From Patescibacteria group bacterium (GTDB lineage: Bacteria; Patescibacteriota; Patescibacteriia; Patescibacteriales; UBA12465): 64,000 nt of DNA. The stretch covers positions 325,518-389,517 of the forward strand of contig JBAZBP010000001.1 of NCBI GenBank assembly GCA_041671365.1. Reading direction: 5' to 3'. Of this stretch, positions 1-9,258 are shown piece by piece (within the stretch, counting starts at the first letter, position 1; each line of letters opens with the position of its first letter). The translations under genes and the position numbers were made by a program. The notes under the pieces were generated by a model. That model saw nothing but the letters and a program-made list of their open reading frames with translations. It was not told the origin of the DNA and ran no database searches.

Positions 1-11
1 TGTTTGGCGGT

Positions 12-812
12 TTGGCGGCCGGATTATTCGGCCTGTATTTATTAGTCGTTTTTTTGGCGGTTAGTTCGGGGGAATTGGCTTTAGCTAAATTAAAAGAATC
101 TTGGGAACAAGAAAAAATTTGCCATGAAGATTGCGCCCGCGCTCGCCAAGAGGCGGAAAAAGCTATTATGGCCGATATAAAAAATAATTTAAAAAATTTG
201 GAGCAGGCGCCGGTGGCCCACCGTCTAGAAGAATACTTTTTGGCCGGTTCAAGCAATCCGAAGTGGCAAGAGGAATTAATTAAAATTTGGCGTTTAGCTG
301 CCGGAGAAAATAATTTGCCGTCATATCTTAAAAATTATTTATCTGCCAGTAGCAGCAATCCTGTCGTTCAAGCTGCAATTATTAGCACTTTTAGTCCTCA
401 GACTTTGAGTTTTTCAAGCTCGTCAGATGCGTCGCCTTTAGTTTATTATTTTGATCTTTTGAGCGGCGACTACGATTTAGCTTTAAAACAAGCGGCGATT
501 ATGTCGCTCAGTAATTATTCCGATAAGAGCCAAGATTTTTCGCTTGATCAGTTATTGATGATCAAAAATTTAGTTTTGACCCCGGCGACCGATAATCGTC
601 TGCGCCAAGCCCTGGTTTTGCTGTTAAGCGATTATTATTCAATATTCCCGAGTGAAAGCGAGGAGATATTACGTGAAGTTTATGGAACTGATATTAGCGG
701 CGATGTAATTAGCCGAGCTTTCGCCGCCGATGTTTTAAATCGGCATTTGACGGAAGATTTAGTCTTGCCGGAAATTAGCGCCGCCGAGTGGCAAAAATAT
801 TATAATAATTAA
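12..812 (+). CDS. hypothetical membrane-anchored protein (reading frame stays open to the left window edge)
   Basis: Long ORF with a hydrophobic N-terminal segment (GLFGLYLLVVFLAV). The frame is open upstream of the TTG at 12, so the true start may lie outside the window. No motif recognised. Confidence 0.5.
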   Translation: MAAGLFGLYLLVVFLAVSSGELALAKLKESWEQEKICHEDCARARQEAEKAIMADIKNNLKNLEQAPVAHRLEEYFLAGSSNPKWQEELIKIWRLAAGENNLPSYLKNYLSASSSNPVVQAAIISTFSPQTLSFSSSSDASPLVYYFDLLSGDYDLALKQAAIMSLSNYSDKSQDFSLDQLLMIKNLVLTPATDNRLRQALVLLLSDYYSIFPSESEEILREVYGTDISGDVISRAFAADVLNRHLTEDLVLPEISAAEWQKYYNN

Positions 813-829
813 TTTAAATATATGGTGGC

Positions 830-930
830 TTAAGTGAAAACTATCTATCTTTCTGGCTGCGGAACTCGCGCGCTTCACACGGCGCGCTCAGACAGTCCTC
901 GCTGGCGAAAGCCAGATAGTTTCCACTTAA
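830..930. other. 101-nt nested GC-rich hairpin element (candidate structured RNA or MITE-like insert)
   Basis: A 17-nt terminal inverted repeat, ttaagtgaaaactatct / agatagtttccacttaa, has one mismatch. Inside it are gcgcgc-ttcacacg-gcgcgc (868-889) and ctggc-GAAA-gccag (902-915). An alternative partner ctggc lies at 853-857. The core is GC-rich in an AT-rich intergenic region. Confidence 0.4.
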
Positions 931-949
931 ATAAATCCATAAAAATATT

Positions 950-3900
950 ATGAAAAAAATAAAATACATCTTTGGTTTAATAGTTTTTAGTTTATTGTTA
1001 TTTGTTCCGGCACTGTGCCGCGCTATGCCGCCGGGGACGTTACTCTATAGAACATCGGGCGCCGGCAAAATGTATGGTTATAGCGCCGACCCCTTGATTT
1101 ATACGGAGAAGGGAATTTTAAAAGATATTTATGCCGGCCATGTCGGTATGTATATCGGTTCGGAAAACGGAGAAGATTATATTGTGGAGGCAATGAGTAA
1201 CGGAATAGTAAAAACTCCGGCCAAATATTTTGTCAATTCGTCGGCCGGGGAAGTTTTTTTGGGGGCGAAAATTCCGAGTGCGGCTAATGATTTGCAAACA
1301 GCAAAAGTTGTCGCCTTGGCTAAAAGTTTAGTCGGTAAAAATTTAGGCTATGATTTAGATTTTAAATATCAAAAAGGACCAAAGGACGGACAGTGGACCT
1401 GTGTGGGTCTAGCCGAAAAACTATATGAAAGTGCTAATATTTCTAATCCGAATAATTTAGCTGCCCTGGAATACGATTCGAATTATTATGCCGTTGATAT
1501 CACGCCCGACGGGTTTGATAATTATAGCGTCGTTAACGACGCCGGCGATTGTTTTTCCGCTGAACGAGAATATTCCAAAATTGCCCGGAAAAAGAATTTA
1601 CTTATTCCCGCGCCGGAACTGATCGGTTTTAATGTCGGGCTAGAGTATAACGGGGAGCGCTATATTTTTCTGCCTTATACTCAGTTTTTACAAAAAACCT
1701 TACAGTCTGTCGCCGTAGATATTACCGTTGCTTCTGAGTTTACGGGAGAAAATATTCGGGCCGCCCTTAATACCAATATTCTGGCTTTGCGTTGGAGTTT
1801 AATTAATAATCCGCTCTCTACCCTGAAAAATTTAGCTCAATCGGCCGCTACTTTTATTACTCAGACGGCCGTTAAAACCGGTGAACTGGCCAAGAGTTTA
1901 GGCACAAAAATTTTTGGTGAGAATTCGTTGGCGGAAATTACCTTAGATCCTGGAGCGATAAGCGGACCGAATTCGACCAGCACTAAAAAAACTGTTAAGA
2001 CTGCGGCGACCAGCACTAAAAAAACCACAGCAGTTAAAAGCCCTGCGAATTCAGCGGCGCCCGCGTCTTGGCCGGCGGTTAAAGTCAATAAAGCTACCGG
2101 TAATTTTGCGACCACTAAAGTCGTGACTCCAACTAAAACAACTGGCCAAACCTCATCTTCAACTAAAAAAACTAGCGTCGTTTCGTCGACGGTTAAGAAT
2201 ATTGCCGAGACCGCCAGCAAGACACCCTCTGCTAAATCGGCCAGTTCCTCAATAGTTAAGACGGGGGTAAACACTACTTATTATGCTCCTGCTGTTGCTA
2301 GTTCGGCCGCCAGTTCTCGGGGGAGCGGCGGAGGTGGCGGTAGTTCGTCTAATTCGGCCATAGTAGCAAATAATTGGTCTAAATTAGCTAAAATTAATAG
2401 AATATATGCAACCGGAAATAATGATTTTGTAGAATTAATTAATACTACTGATCATGACTTTGATTTAGCCGCCGCCGGTTATCGTTTAGAAAGGGCAAAA
2501 ACGGCGGATGACCCTAGCCTTATCATGCGCTTAGGAGATCTGGACGATGGGCTTTATCCCGGGGGGACAATCATTAAAGCCCATGGTAATTATTTAATTG
2601 CGCGCGCCGATGCTAATCCTTATTATAAAAATCAAGCCGCTGCGATTGCTTTGCGTGATGAATTTTCTTGGACCGGATCCGGCTATACTTTATATTTAGG
2701 CGTGGGGGCGATTAGTTCCAGCGTTGACCCGGACATTATCGATGCTGTCGGTTTTGGTTCCGACGCCACTTTTTTCCAAGGTAGTCGGCCGGCACCGGAT
2801 ATTAATGATAATTATATTTTACGAAGAGCGGCTTCTACCGGAGATAATTTTGTAGATTTTAATTTAGTTTTAACTGATGATCCGGAGGTTCTGGCGGCCA
2901 TGTCTGCCGCTCAATTAGCGACCACGACCGAAGAAATATCCACGTCCACTAATGATGTAGCGACCACGACCGAAGAAATATCCACGTCCACTAATGATGT
3001 AGCGACCACGACCGAAGAAATATCCACGTCCACTAATGATGTAGCGACGACAACCGAAGATGTTGCCTCTAGCAGCGAAAACGTTGCCAGTTCTACTAGT
3101 GGAACCGCTTCGACGACGGAGGCTGTAACTCCGGCGCCGCTTGCTCTAATAAATAAAATATATAGTACCGGCGATAATGATTGGCTGGAACTTTTTAATC
3201 CGACGGATAATGATTTTGATTTAGCAGCCGCTTTCTATCGTTTAGAAAAAACTAAAACCGCGGTTACTCCGAGCTTACTGATGCGCTTGGGTAATCCTGC
3301 CGATGGACTTTATCCTGGAGGAACGATTATTAAAGCCCGTGATAATTATTTAATTGTGCGCGATGATGCTAATGCTTATTATAAAAATCAAGCTGATGCT
3401 ATCGCTCTGCGCGATGATTTTACCTGGGACAACTCGGGTTATACTTTTTATTTGGGAACCGGAGCGATTAGTTCCAGTACTGACGTGAATATCCGAGATT
3501 TGGTCGGTTTTGGCACAGACGCGATTTATTGGCAGGGAGGCGGACCGGCGCCGGCAATTCCCGATAATTATATTTTAAATCGTTTATCGGCGACAAATAA
3601 TAACGCGTCCGATTTTAATTTAATTTTATCGGACGATCCGTCAATTATTTTTAACCCGCAGCCCGACGCTAATTTAAATTTGTTTGTTCAACCGGTTCCT
3701 ATATTATCGTCCGGTTTAACTAATGTTTGGCATTTTAATGAATGCTATGGTTCGGGGCGCTGGGCGGTCGGAAAGTGGGATTGCGCCCAAGAAGTCGGGT
3801 ATACTTATGATAAATTCAGCCGGCCGCTGGATACGCCGGCCAGTCTTAATAGTTTTTCTGCCAGTTTTTATTATAAAAAATCATCCCAGTTTCCGCGTTT

Positions 3901-4903
3901 AGATTTACATTTAACTAATTCCGGCACTGATCATTTATTGATGATTTTAGATCCGGGGATGATAACCATTGAGGGTTTGCCCAATTCTCAGTGGCGTTAT
4001 TATAAAACAGAAATGATGTTTGACGATAATTGGCATCAAGCGACTTTAGTAGTTAATCAAATCGCTGATTATTGGGCGGTCTATATTGATGGACGGGAAA
4101 TAATTAGAGAAAGTTTTTTTGCCGATTTGGCCTCGTTTTCCGGAGTTGAAATGTATGATGATAACGGTTCGGCCTTATTTGATGAATTAGTTATTTGGAA
4201 TCGCCCTTTGGCTTCGACTGAAGTTTTAGCCAATTACTTAACTGATGCGCCTTATAGTCCCTTAATAATTCGTGAACCGCAAAGTGCGCCCGAGTTGCTC
4301 CATTCTTGGAAATTTGAGGAAGATGCCGGCAGCTTAGCGGTTGATAGTTTTAGTAGTTCTACTTTAAGTGTTAATCCTGCCTCTTGGGTTGGTCGCAGCC
4401 ATGATAATTATGCTTTGCGGATAAGTCAAGGGAACAGTTATTCTTTAGATTTTAATGAACCGATAATTTCTCAAGATTTGTCTTTAGCTTTTTGGTGGCG
4501 TAATAGCGCTTATCCGAGTATGGGAAGAATTAATATTAATTTGAATGGCGGTCTTGATGGTGGTTCTAAAATTTTAGCGTTACTGGCCGATTATTATCGT
4601 TTAGGTTATTGGTTTAATAATCAATATGGAATTTTATCGGAGGGGGTTAACGAGGCCGTTCCTTATGATGACGCTTGGCACCACTTAGCCTTAGTTTATG
4701 ATTCGTATCGTTATAAGTTAAATTTCTATGTAGACGGAGAGGTTAAGGCCAGCTCCTCGCTGGTGCGCTTAAAAGACGGAGAAGCGGTTAAACGCTTGGA
4801 AATTTCCAGCGATAATTTTAACACGGAATTAGACGACTTAAATATATATTCCGGAGCTTTATCCGTCGCTCAAATAAGGCAGATTTATTTAGATACTAAA
4901 TAA
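950..4903 (+). CDS. large secreted multidomain surface protein: N-terminal permuted papain-like (YiiX/C92-type) amidase, S/T/K-rich linker, 2 x lamin-tail domain (LTD), 2 x LamG/concanavalin-like domain
   Basis: Signal peptide MKKIKYIFGLIVFSLLLFVPALCRA.
Motif order is His before Cys (GHVGMYIG ... QWTCVGLAEKLYE).
LTD-like INRIYATGNNDFVELINTTDHDFDL and INKIYSTGDNDWLELFNPTDNDFDL.
LamG_3-like endings DELVIWNRPLASTEVLANY and LDDLNIYSGALSVAQIRQIY. Confidence 0.85.
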   Translation: MKKIKYIFGLIVFSLLLFVPALCRAMPPGTLLYRTSGAGKMYGYSADPLIYTEKGILKDIYAGHVGMYIGSENGEDYIVEAMSNGIVKTPAKYFVNSSAGEVFLGAKIPSAANDLQTAKVVALAKSLVGKNLGYDLDFKYQKGPKDGQWTCVGLAEKLYESANISNPNNLAALEYDSNYYAVDITPDGFDNYSVVNDAGDCFSAEREYSKIARKKNLLIPAPELIGFNVGLEYNGERYIFLPYTQFLQKTLQSVAVDITVASEFTGENIRAALNTNILALRWSLINNPLSTLKNLAQSAATFITQTAVKTGELAKSLGTKIFGENSLAEITLDPGAISGPNSTSTKKTVKTAATSTKKTTAVKSPANSAAPASWPAVKVNKATGNFATTKVVTPTKTTGQTSSSTKKTSVVSSTVKNIAETASKTPSAKSASSSIVKTGVNTTYYAPAVASSAASSRGSGGGGGSSSNSAIVANNWSKLAKINRIYATGNNDFVELINTTDHDFDLAAAGYRLERAKTADDPSLIMRLGDLDDGLYPGGTIIKAHGNYLIARADANPYYKNQAAAIALRDEFSWTGSGYTLYLGVGAISSSVDPDIIDAVGFGSDATFFQGSRPAPDINDNYILRRAASTGDNFVDFNLVLTDDPEVLAAMSAAQLATTTEEISTSTNDVATTTEEISTSTNDVATTTEEISTSTNDVATTTEDVASSSENVASSTSGTASTTEAVTPAPLALINKIYSTGDNDWLELFNPTDNDFDLAAAFYRLEKTKTAVTPSLLMRLGNPADGLYPGGTIIKARDNYLIVRDDANAYYKNQADAIALRDDFTWDNSGYTFYLGTGAISSSTDVNIRDLVGFGTDAIYWQGGGPAPAIPDNYILNRLSATNNNASDFNLILSDDPSIIFNPQPDANLNLFVQPVPILSSGLTNVWHFNECYGSGRWAVGKWDCAQEVGYTYDKFSRPLDTPASLNSFSASFYYKKSSQFPRLDLHLTNSGTDHLLMILDPGMITIEGLPNSQWRYYKTEMMFDDNWHQATLVVNQIADYWAVYIDGREIIRESFFADLASFSGVEMYDDNGSALFDELVIWNRPLASTEVLANYLTDAPYSPLIIREPQSAPELLHSWKFEEDAGSLAVDSFSSSTLSVNPASWVGRSHDNYALRISQGNSYSLDFNEPIISQDLSLAFWWRNSAYPSMGRININLNGGLDGGSKILALLADYYRLGYWFNNQYGILSEGVNEAVPYDDAWHHLALVYDSYRYKLNFYVDGEVKASSSLVRLKDGEAVKRLEISSDNFNTELDDLNIYSGALSVAQIRQIYLDTK
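2918..3043 (+). repeat. perfect 42-bp x 3 in-frame tandem repeat (ATTTEEISTSTNDV x3) inside the surface-protein CDS
   Basis: The unit gcgaccacgaccgaagaaatatccacgtccactaatgatgta occurs at 2918-2959, 2960-3001 and 3002-3043. A degenerate partial unit follows from 3044. Confidence 0.95.
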
Positions 4904-4946
4904 AAATGGTTCTATTTATTAAAATTTTATTTAATTTTAGTAAAAA

Positions 4947-4980
4947 ATACCCCAAAGATAAACTCTTTGGGGTATTTAAA
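4947..4980 (+). terminator. intrinsic terminator after the surface-protein gene
   Basis: Hairpin ataccccaaag-ataaact-ctttggggtat followed by a tttaaaa tail. Confidence 0.6.
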
Positions 4981-5031
4981 ATCAGCCTTTTCATCTTGCT
5001 TTTTTTTATCTTTTATTGTAGTATAAAGGCG

Positions 5032-5466
5032 TTATTAGGGTAAGCGGGCGATTACTTCTTTTTTTAAAATAGTTGGTTATTTTAGAATTTGAAGAGGAAA
5101 GTCCGGACTTCAATCCGACGCTGGTAGCGTCGGTAAAACGATAGTGGGTAACGCCCACCGGTCCGTTTCAACGGATTAGGGAAAGTGCCACAGAGACAAT
5201 ACTAATTCTGAAATATTTAACAGAATAAAAGGTGAAAAGTAATTGGATGAGATAGCTCGTTTTCACTGGTTAGTGGAAGCGAGTGAAGGCTACCGATTTC
5301 GGCCTCCGGTGACGGAGTGGCCGTGGTAAACCCTATCAGAAGCAAGAGCAAACTGGTATTTATTTATAAATACCAAGACAAGTAGCTCGCTTGAGCCCGT
5401 TAGTAATGGCGGGCCTAGATAAATGATCGCTAGAACAGAATCCGGCTTACGGCTGCCCTGATAACA
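5032..5466 (+). ncRNA. rnpB: RNase P RNA, bacterial type A
   Basis: Conserved motifs gaggaaagtccgg (P4 5' strand), agtgccacagaga, ggtaacgcccacc and acagaatccggctta (P4 3' strand).
P1 pairing between ttattagggta (5032-) and ggctgccctgataa (5451-5464).
Ends are approximate. Confidence 0.9.
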
Positions 5467-5490
5467 CCGAGTTAATAAAATAGTTTATAT

Positions 5491-6906
5491 ATGAGAAAAA
5501 TTGAATCGTTTTTTTCTATTTTGTTTGTTCCGGTTGATTTTATTTTTTTAGTTTTAGCCGGTATTTCCGCTTATTATTTAAGATTTTCCGCTTGGTCGGC
5601 CAGTCATTGGCCGATAACTTTAAATTTGCCGTTTCCGGGCTATTTAAAATCGGTTTTGTTTATCGCTTTTTTGTGGATTATAATTTTTATACTGGCCGGT
5701 GTTTATCAAATTCACAGTTCTCGTCGTTTGGCTCAGGAACTGCAAAAAATATTTTTGGCTTGTTCTACGGGTTTAGCTTTAGTAGCGGTTATTATTTTTT
5801 GGCAACGCGAATTTTTTGATTCGCGTTTTATTGTTTTAGTCGGTTGGCTGCTGGCGATTATTTATCTCAGTTTGGCTCACATTTTTATCCGTTGGTTACA
5901 ACGTTTTTTATTTTCCTATGGAATCGGTGTTCACAAGGTTGTTTTGATCGGTAATTCTAAAACGACGGAAAATTTAATCGCGGAATTTGCGAGCAATAAA
6001 AAATCCGGTTTTGAAGTCGTAAAACGATTGCGGGATTTTTCTTTGGAAACCGCTCAAGAATTGGTGGAATTTATCCGTGATCATGAGGTTAATGAAGTTA
6101 TACAAAGTGATCCGAATCTAAGCAAGGTTGAAACTTTACGATTATATGATTTTGCCAATGAAAATCAGGTTACTTTTAAATATGTGGCCGATTTATTGGA
6201 AGTTAAGGTTTTACGCACCGAAGTGGCGGAAATTATTGGTATTCCGATTGTCGAAGTAAAGCGCACCACTCTGGAAGGTTGGGGAAGAATTTTTAAGCGA
6301 ATTTTTGATATTATTGTTTCCGGTTTTTTGATTGTTATTCTGTCGCCGATAATTTTATTGGCCGTTATCGCCATTACCTTGGATTCACGGGGATCATTAT
6401 TTTTTTCGCGTCGTGACGACGGTTCTTATGTAACCCGCATTGGCGAGGGCGGCGTGCCCTTTAAGTATTTTAAATTCCGTTCCATGGTTCCTAACTCCGA
6501 TAGCATGCGTTACAATGAGTTAGCAGATCGTAATTTACGGACCGACGGGCCGATGGTTAAAATTAAAGATGATCCGCGAGTGACGCGCGTCGGTAAAATT
6601 ATTCGTCGCTGGTCAATAGACGAATTGCCCGAATTATTTTTAGTTTTTATCGGGCGGATGAGCTTAGTGGGACCGCGGCCGCATTTGCCGGAAGAAGTCG
6701 CCAAATATGAGAATTATCATAAAAAAACTTTAACGATCAAGCCGGGAATTACCGGTTTGGCGCAAGTTTCCGGCCGTAGCGATCTTTTATTTGAAGAAGA
6801 GGTTAAGTTGGATATTTATTATATTGAAAATTGGTCCTTGCTCTTAGATATTTCTATTTTATTTAGAACTCCTCTGGCGGTATTTAAACATCGTCAAGCG
6901 GAGTAA
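5491..6906 (+). CDS. polyprenyl-phosphate sugar phosphotransferase (WbaP/bacterial sugar transferase family), initiating enzyme
   Basis: N-terminal TM bundle and a C-terminal domain with FKRIFDI...SPI, FKFRSM, DPRVTRVGKIIRRWSIDELPEL, MSLVGPRP and KPGITGLAQV. Confidence 0.9.
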   Translation: MRKIESFFSILFVPVDFIFLVLAGISAYYLRFSAWSASHWPITLNLPFPGYLKSVLFIAFLWIIIFILAGVYQIHSSRRLAQELQKIFLACSTGLALVAVIIFWQREFFDSRFIVLVGWLLAIIYLSLAHIFIRWLQRFLFSYGIGVHKVVLIGNSKTTENLIAEFASNKKSGFEVVKRLRDFSLETAQELVEFIRDHEVNEVIQSDPNLSKVETLRLYDFANENQVTFKYVADLLEVKVLRTEVAEIIGIPIVEVKRTTLEGWGRIFKRIFDIIVSGFLIVILSPIILLAVIAITLDSRGSLFFSRRDDGSYVTRIGEGGVPFKYFKFRSMVPNSDSMRYNELADRNLRTDGPMVKIKDDPRVTRVGKIIRRWSIDELPELFLVFIGRMSLVGPRPHLPEEVAKYENYHKKTLTIKPGITGLAQVSGRSDLLFEEEVKLDIYYIENWSLLLDISILFRTPLAVFKHRQAE

Positions 6907-6956
6907 ATATAAAAATTCGTCGGCTCGTCCGGGGCGCACGAATTATAATCGATTTT

Positions 6957-8087
6957 ATGAAAGTAGCTCTTATTCATGACCATTTGGCCCAGGACGGCGG
7001 CGCGGAGAAAGTTCTTCAGGTACTGGCGGGAATGTTTCCAGACGCCCCTATTTATACTTTGTTGTATGAGCCTGATAACGTCAATAAATATTTTAAAGAT
7101 CGCCACATTGAAACTTCAATTATTCAGAAATTGCCGGGCGGCGTTAAGCATTACCAGTGGTATTTATATTTTATGCCAATCGCCGTGGAGTTTTTTGATT
7201 TACGTAAATTTGATTTGGTTATTTCCGATACCAGCTCTTTTGCTAAAGGCGTAATTACTGCGCCCGATTGTTTGCATATTTGCTATTGCCATACTCCGAC
7301 TCGATATTTATGGAGCGATACGCACCAATATATTAATGAGTTAAAGTATAACCGTTGGTTTAAAAAAATTATTTCTCTGGTTTTGAATCGGATTAGACTC
7401 TGGGATCGGGCGGCCGCCGATCGAGTTGATTTATTTATCGCCAATTCACGCACGGTTGAACGGCGCATTACTAAATATTATCGGCGTGATTCAACGGTTA
7501 TTTATCCGCCGGTGGAAACGCATAAGTTTTTTATTAGCGATTTAAAAGATCAGCCCGTCAATGATCGTTATTTTTTAGCCGGTTGTCGTTTGGCGCCTTA
7601 TAAACGGATTGATTTAGTCGTTAACGCTTTTAAACAGTTAGGAGTAAATTATAAATTAAAAATTTTTGGCGATGGTGTCGATTTAGAACGTTTACGAGAA
7701 ATAGCAGGAGACAGTTCTAATATTGAATTTTTAGGCCGGGTGAGCGAGGAAGTTAAGGCTCGGCTATTCAGCGGTGCCCAGGCCTTCATTAATCCTCAAG
7801 AAGAAGATTTCGGTATTACCGTGGTGGAATCAATGGCAAGCGGTCGTCCGGTTATCGCTTATCGCCGCGGAGGCGCGACCGAAACCGTTATTGCCGGTAA
7901 AACCGGACTATTTTTTGACGAAGCGACTGCTGAATCGCTGGCGAATGTTATTCGAAATTTTCGCTCCGAGGCTTTCAATTCGGAGGAAATTAGTCGCCAC
8001 GCCGCCAATTTTTCCGTAGACAATTTTAAAACTAGTTTGCAAGATTTCATTAATCAACATAAAAAAAGTTATGATAATCGGGGTTGA
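6957..8087 (+). CDS. glycosyltransferase family 4 (GT-B, Glycos_transf_1)
   Basis: EDFGITVVESMASGRPVIAYRRGGATETV (EX7E-type C-terminal motif). N-terminus MKVALIHDHLAQDGGAEKVL. Confidence 0.85.
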   Translation: MKVALIHDHLAQDGGAEKVLQVLAGMFPDAPIYTLLYEPDNVNKYFKDRHIETSIIQKLPGGVKHYQWYLYFMPIAVEFFDLRKFDLVISDTSSFAKGVITAPDCLHICYCHTPTRYLWSDTHQYINELKYNRWFKKIISLVLNRIRLWDRAAADRVDLFIANSRTVERRITKYYRRDSTVIYPPVETHKFFISDLKDQPVNDRYFLAGCRLAPYKRIDLVVNAFKQLGVNYKLKIFGDGVDLERLREIAGDSSNIEFLGRVSEEVKARLFSGAQAFINPQEEDFGITVVESMASGRPVIAYRRGGATETVIAGKTGLFFDEATAESLANVIRNFRSEAFNSEEISRHAANFSVDNFKTSLQDFINQHKKSYDNRG

Positions 8088-9258
8088 TATTCGAGTTTTA
8101 ATGGATAAATATTATAGCGGGGTATCCGAATACGCCGCTAATTTATTAAAGGCAATTTTAGCGGTCGATAAAACCAATGATTATAAATTATTTTATAATT
8201 CCTATAGTAATCCGGAGGAAAAATTAAAATTATGGAACCGGGAGAATGCGCAGGTTATCGGAACTCATATTCCTAATAAAATTTTTAATTACATTTTTCA
8301 GAAAATTTTTCGTTATCCGAAGTTAGATCGGGTCTTGGGTGGAGCGGATATTTTTTGGTCGCCCCATTTTAATTTTACCCGGTTAAGCGGACCGACATCC
8401 GGTTTAAAAAAAATAATTACGGTTCATGATTTATCATTCTTAAGATATCCGGAATTTTTTAATGTTCGAAAAAATTTTTGGCACCGGGCTTTAGCCGTTA
8501 AGTCTGTTTTACTGGCGGCGGAGGCTATTATTGCCGTATCGGAGAATACCAAAAACGATATAATGGAATTAACGGGAGTGAAGTCGGAAAAAATTAAAGT
8601 TATTTATTCCGGAAATAATCTGGTTAAAAGGGAGGTGAGCGAAGCTGAAAAAAAAGAATTTTTAATTAAAAACGGACTCTCCGGCCGCTTAATTTTATAT
8701 CTCGGTAATATTGAACCGCGTAAAAATATTGCAGGATTAATCGCCGCTTTTAATCTTTTGCGCTCTCAAGACGCTCAGCTGGCAGGTGAAGACGGCAATC
8801 GTCTGACTGATGTTAAATTAGTGCTAGCCGGAGCCAGCGGCTGGAAAAATCGGCGGATTTACGAGGCTTGGCAAAAATCACCGTATAAAAATGATATTAA
8901 ATTCCTTGGCTATATTGATAAAACCGACCAGGCGGTTTTGTATAGTCTGTCGAGTGTTTTGGTTTACCCCTCATACTATGAGGGGTTTGGTTTCCCGCCC
9001 TTGGAAGCCATGACTTACGGCTTGCCGGTGGTCTGCTCTAATAATTCCAGTTTACCAGAGGTTGTCGGTAACGCCGCTTTGATGATTAATCCTTTTAAAG
9101 TCGAGGAAATAGCCGATGCGCTAAAAATAATTTTAACTGATGATGGCTTACGTCAACATTTAATTGCGCGCGGCCTTGAACAAGCTAAAAATTTTTCTTG
9201 GGAAAAAGCCGCCAAAGAATATTTACAGGTATTTCGAGACGTTTATGAAGATAAATAA
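8071..9258 (+). CDS. glycosyltransferase family 4
   Basis: YEGFGFPPLEAMTYGLPVVCSNNSSLPEVVG. Overlaps the upstream GT4 gene by 17 nt, which suggests translational coupling. Confidence 0.85.
   Translation: MIIGVDIRVLMDKYYSGVSEYAANLLKAILAVDKTNDYKLFYNSYSNPEEKLKLWNRENAQVIGTHIPNKIFNYIFQKIFRYPKLDRVLGGADIFWSPHFNFTRLSGPTSGLKKIITVHDLSFLRYPEFFNVRKNFWHRALAVKSVLLAAEAIIAVSENTKNDIMELTGVKSEKIKVIYSGNNLVKREVSEAEKKEFLIKNGLSGRLILYLGNIEPRKNIAGLIAAFNLLRSQDAQLAGEDGNRLTDVKLVLAGASGWKNRRIYEAWQKSPYKNDIKFLGYIDKTDQAVLYSLSSVLVYPSYYEGFGFPPLEAMTYGLPVVCSNNSSLPEVVGNAALMINPFKVEEIADALKIILTDDGLRQHLIARGLEQAKNFSWEKAAKEYLQVFRDVYEDK

Noticed and set aside
830-930. Could the nested hairpin be SRP (4.5S) RNA?
   Set aside because: Neither strand contains the universally conserved domain IV pattern (…GGUCC-GNRA-GGAAGCAGCC…). 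The apical stem here is a 6-bp GC clamp with a 7-8 nt loop.
1861-2274. 137-aa antisense ORF inside the surface-protein gene
   Set aside because: It lies opposite the low-complexity S/T/K linker of a much longer, motif-supported CDS. Repetitive composition keeps the antisense frame open by chance.
2918-3043. Tandem repeat as a possible CRISPR array
   Set aside because: The units are contiguous with no spacers, are in frame, and encode a Thr/Ser/Glu linker within a CDS. No cas genes were seen.
9164-9244. Longer mnmA start from the ORF track
   Set aside because: The extension overlaps the 3' end of the GT4 gene and adds non-homologous residues. The PP-loop begins shortly after the ATG at 9245.
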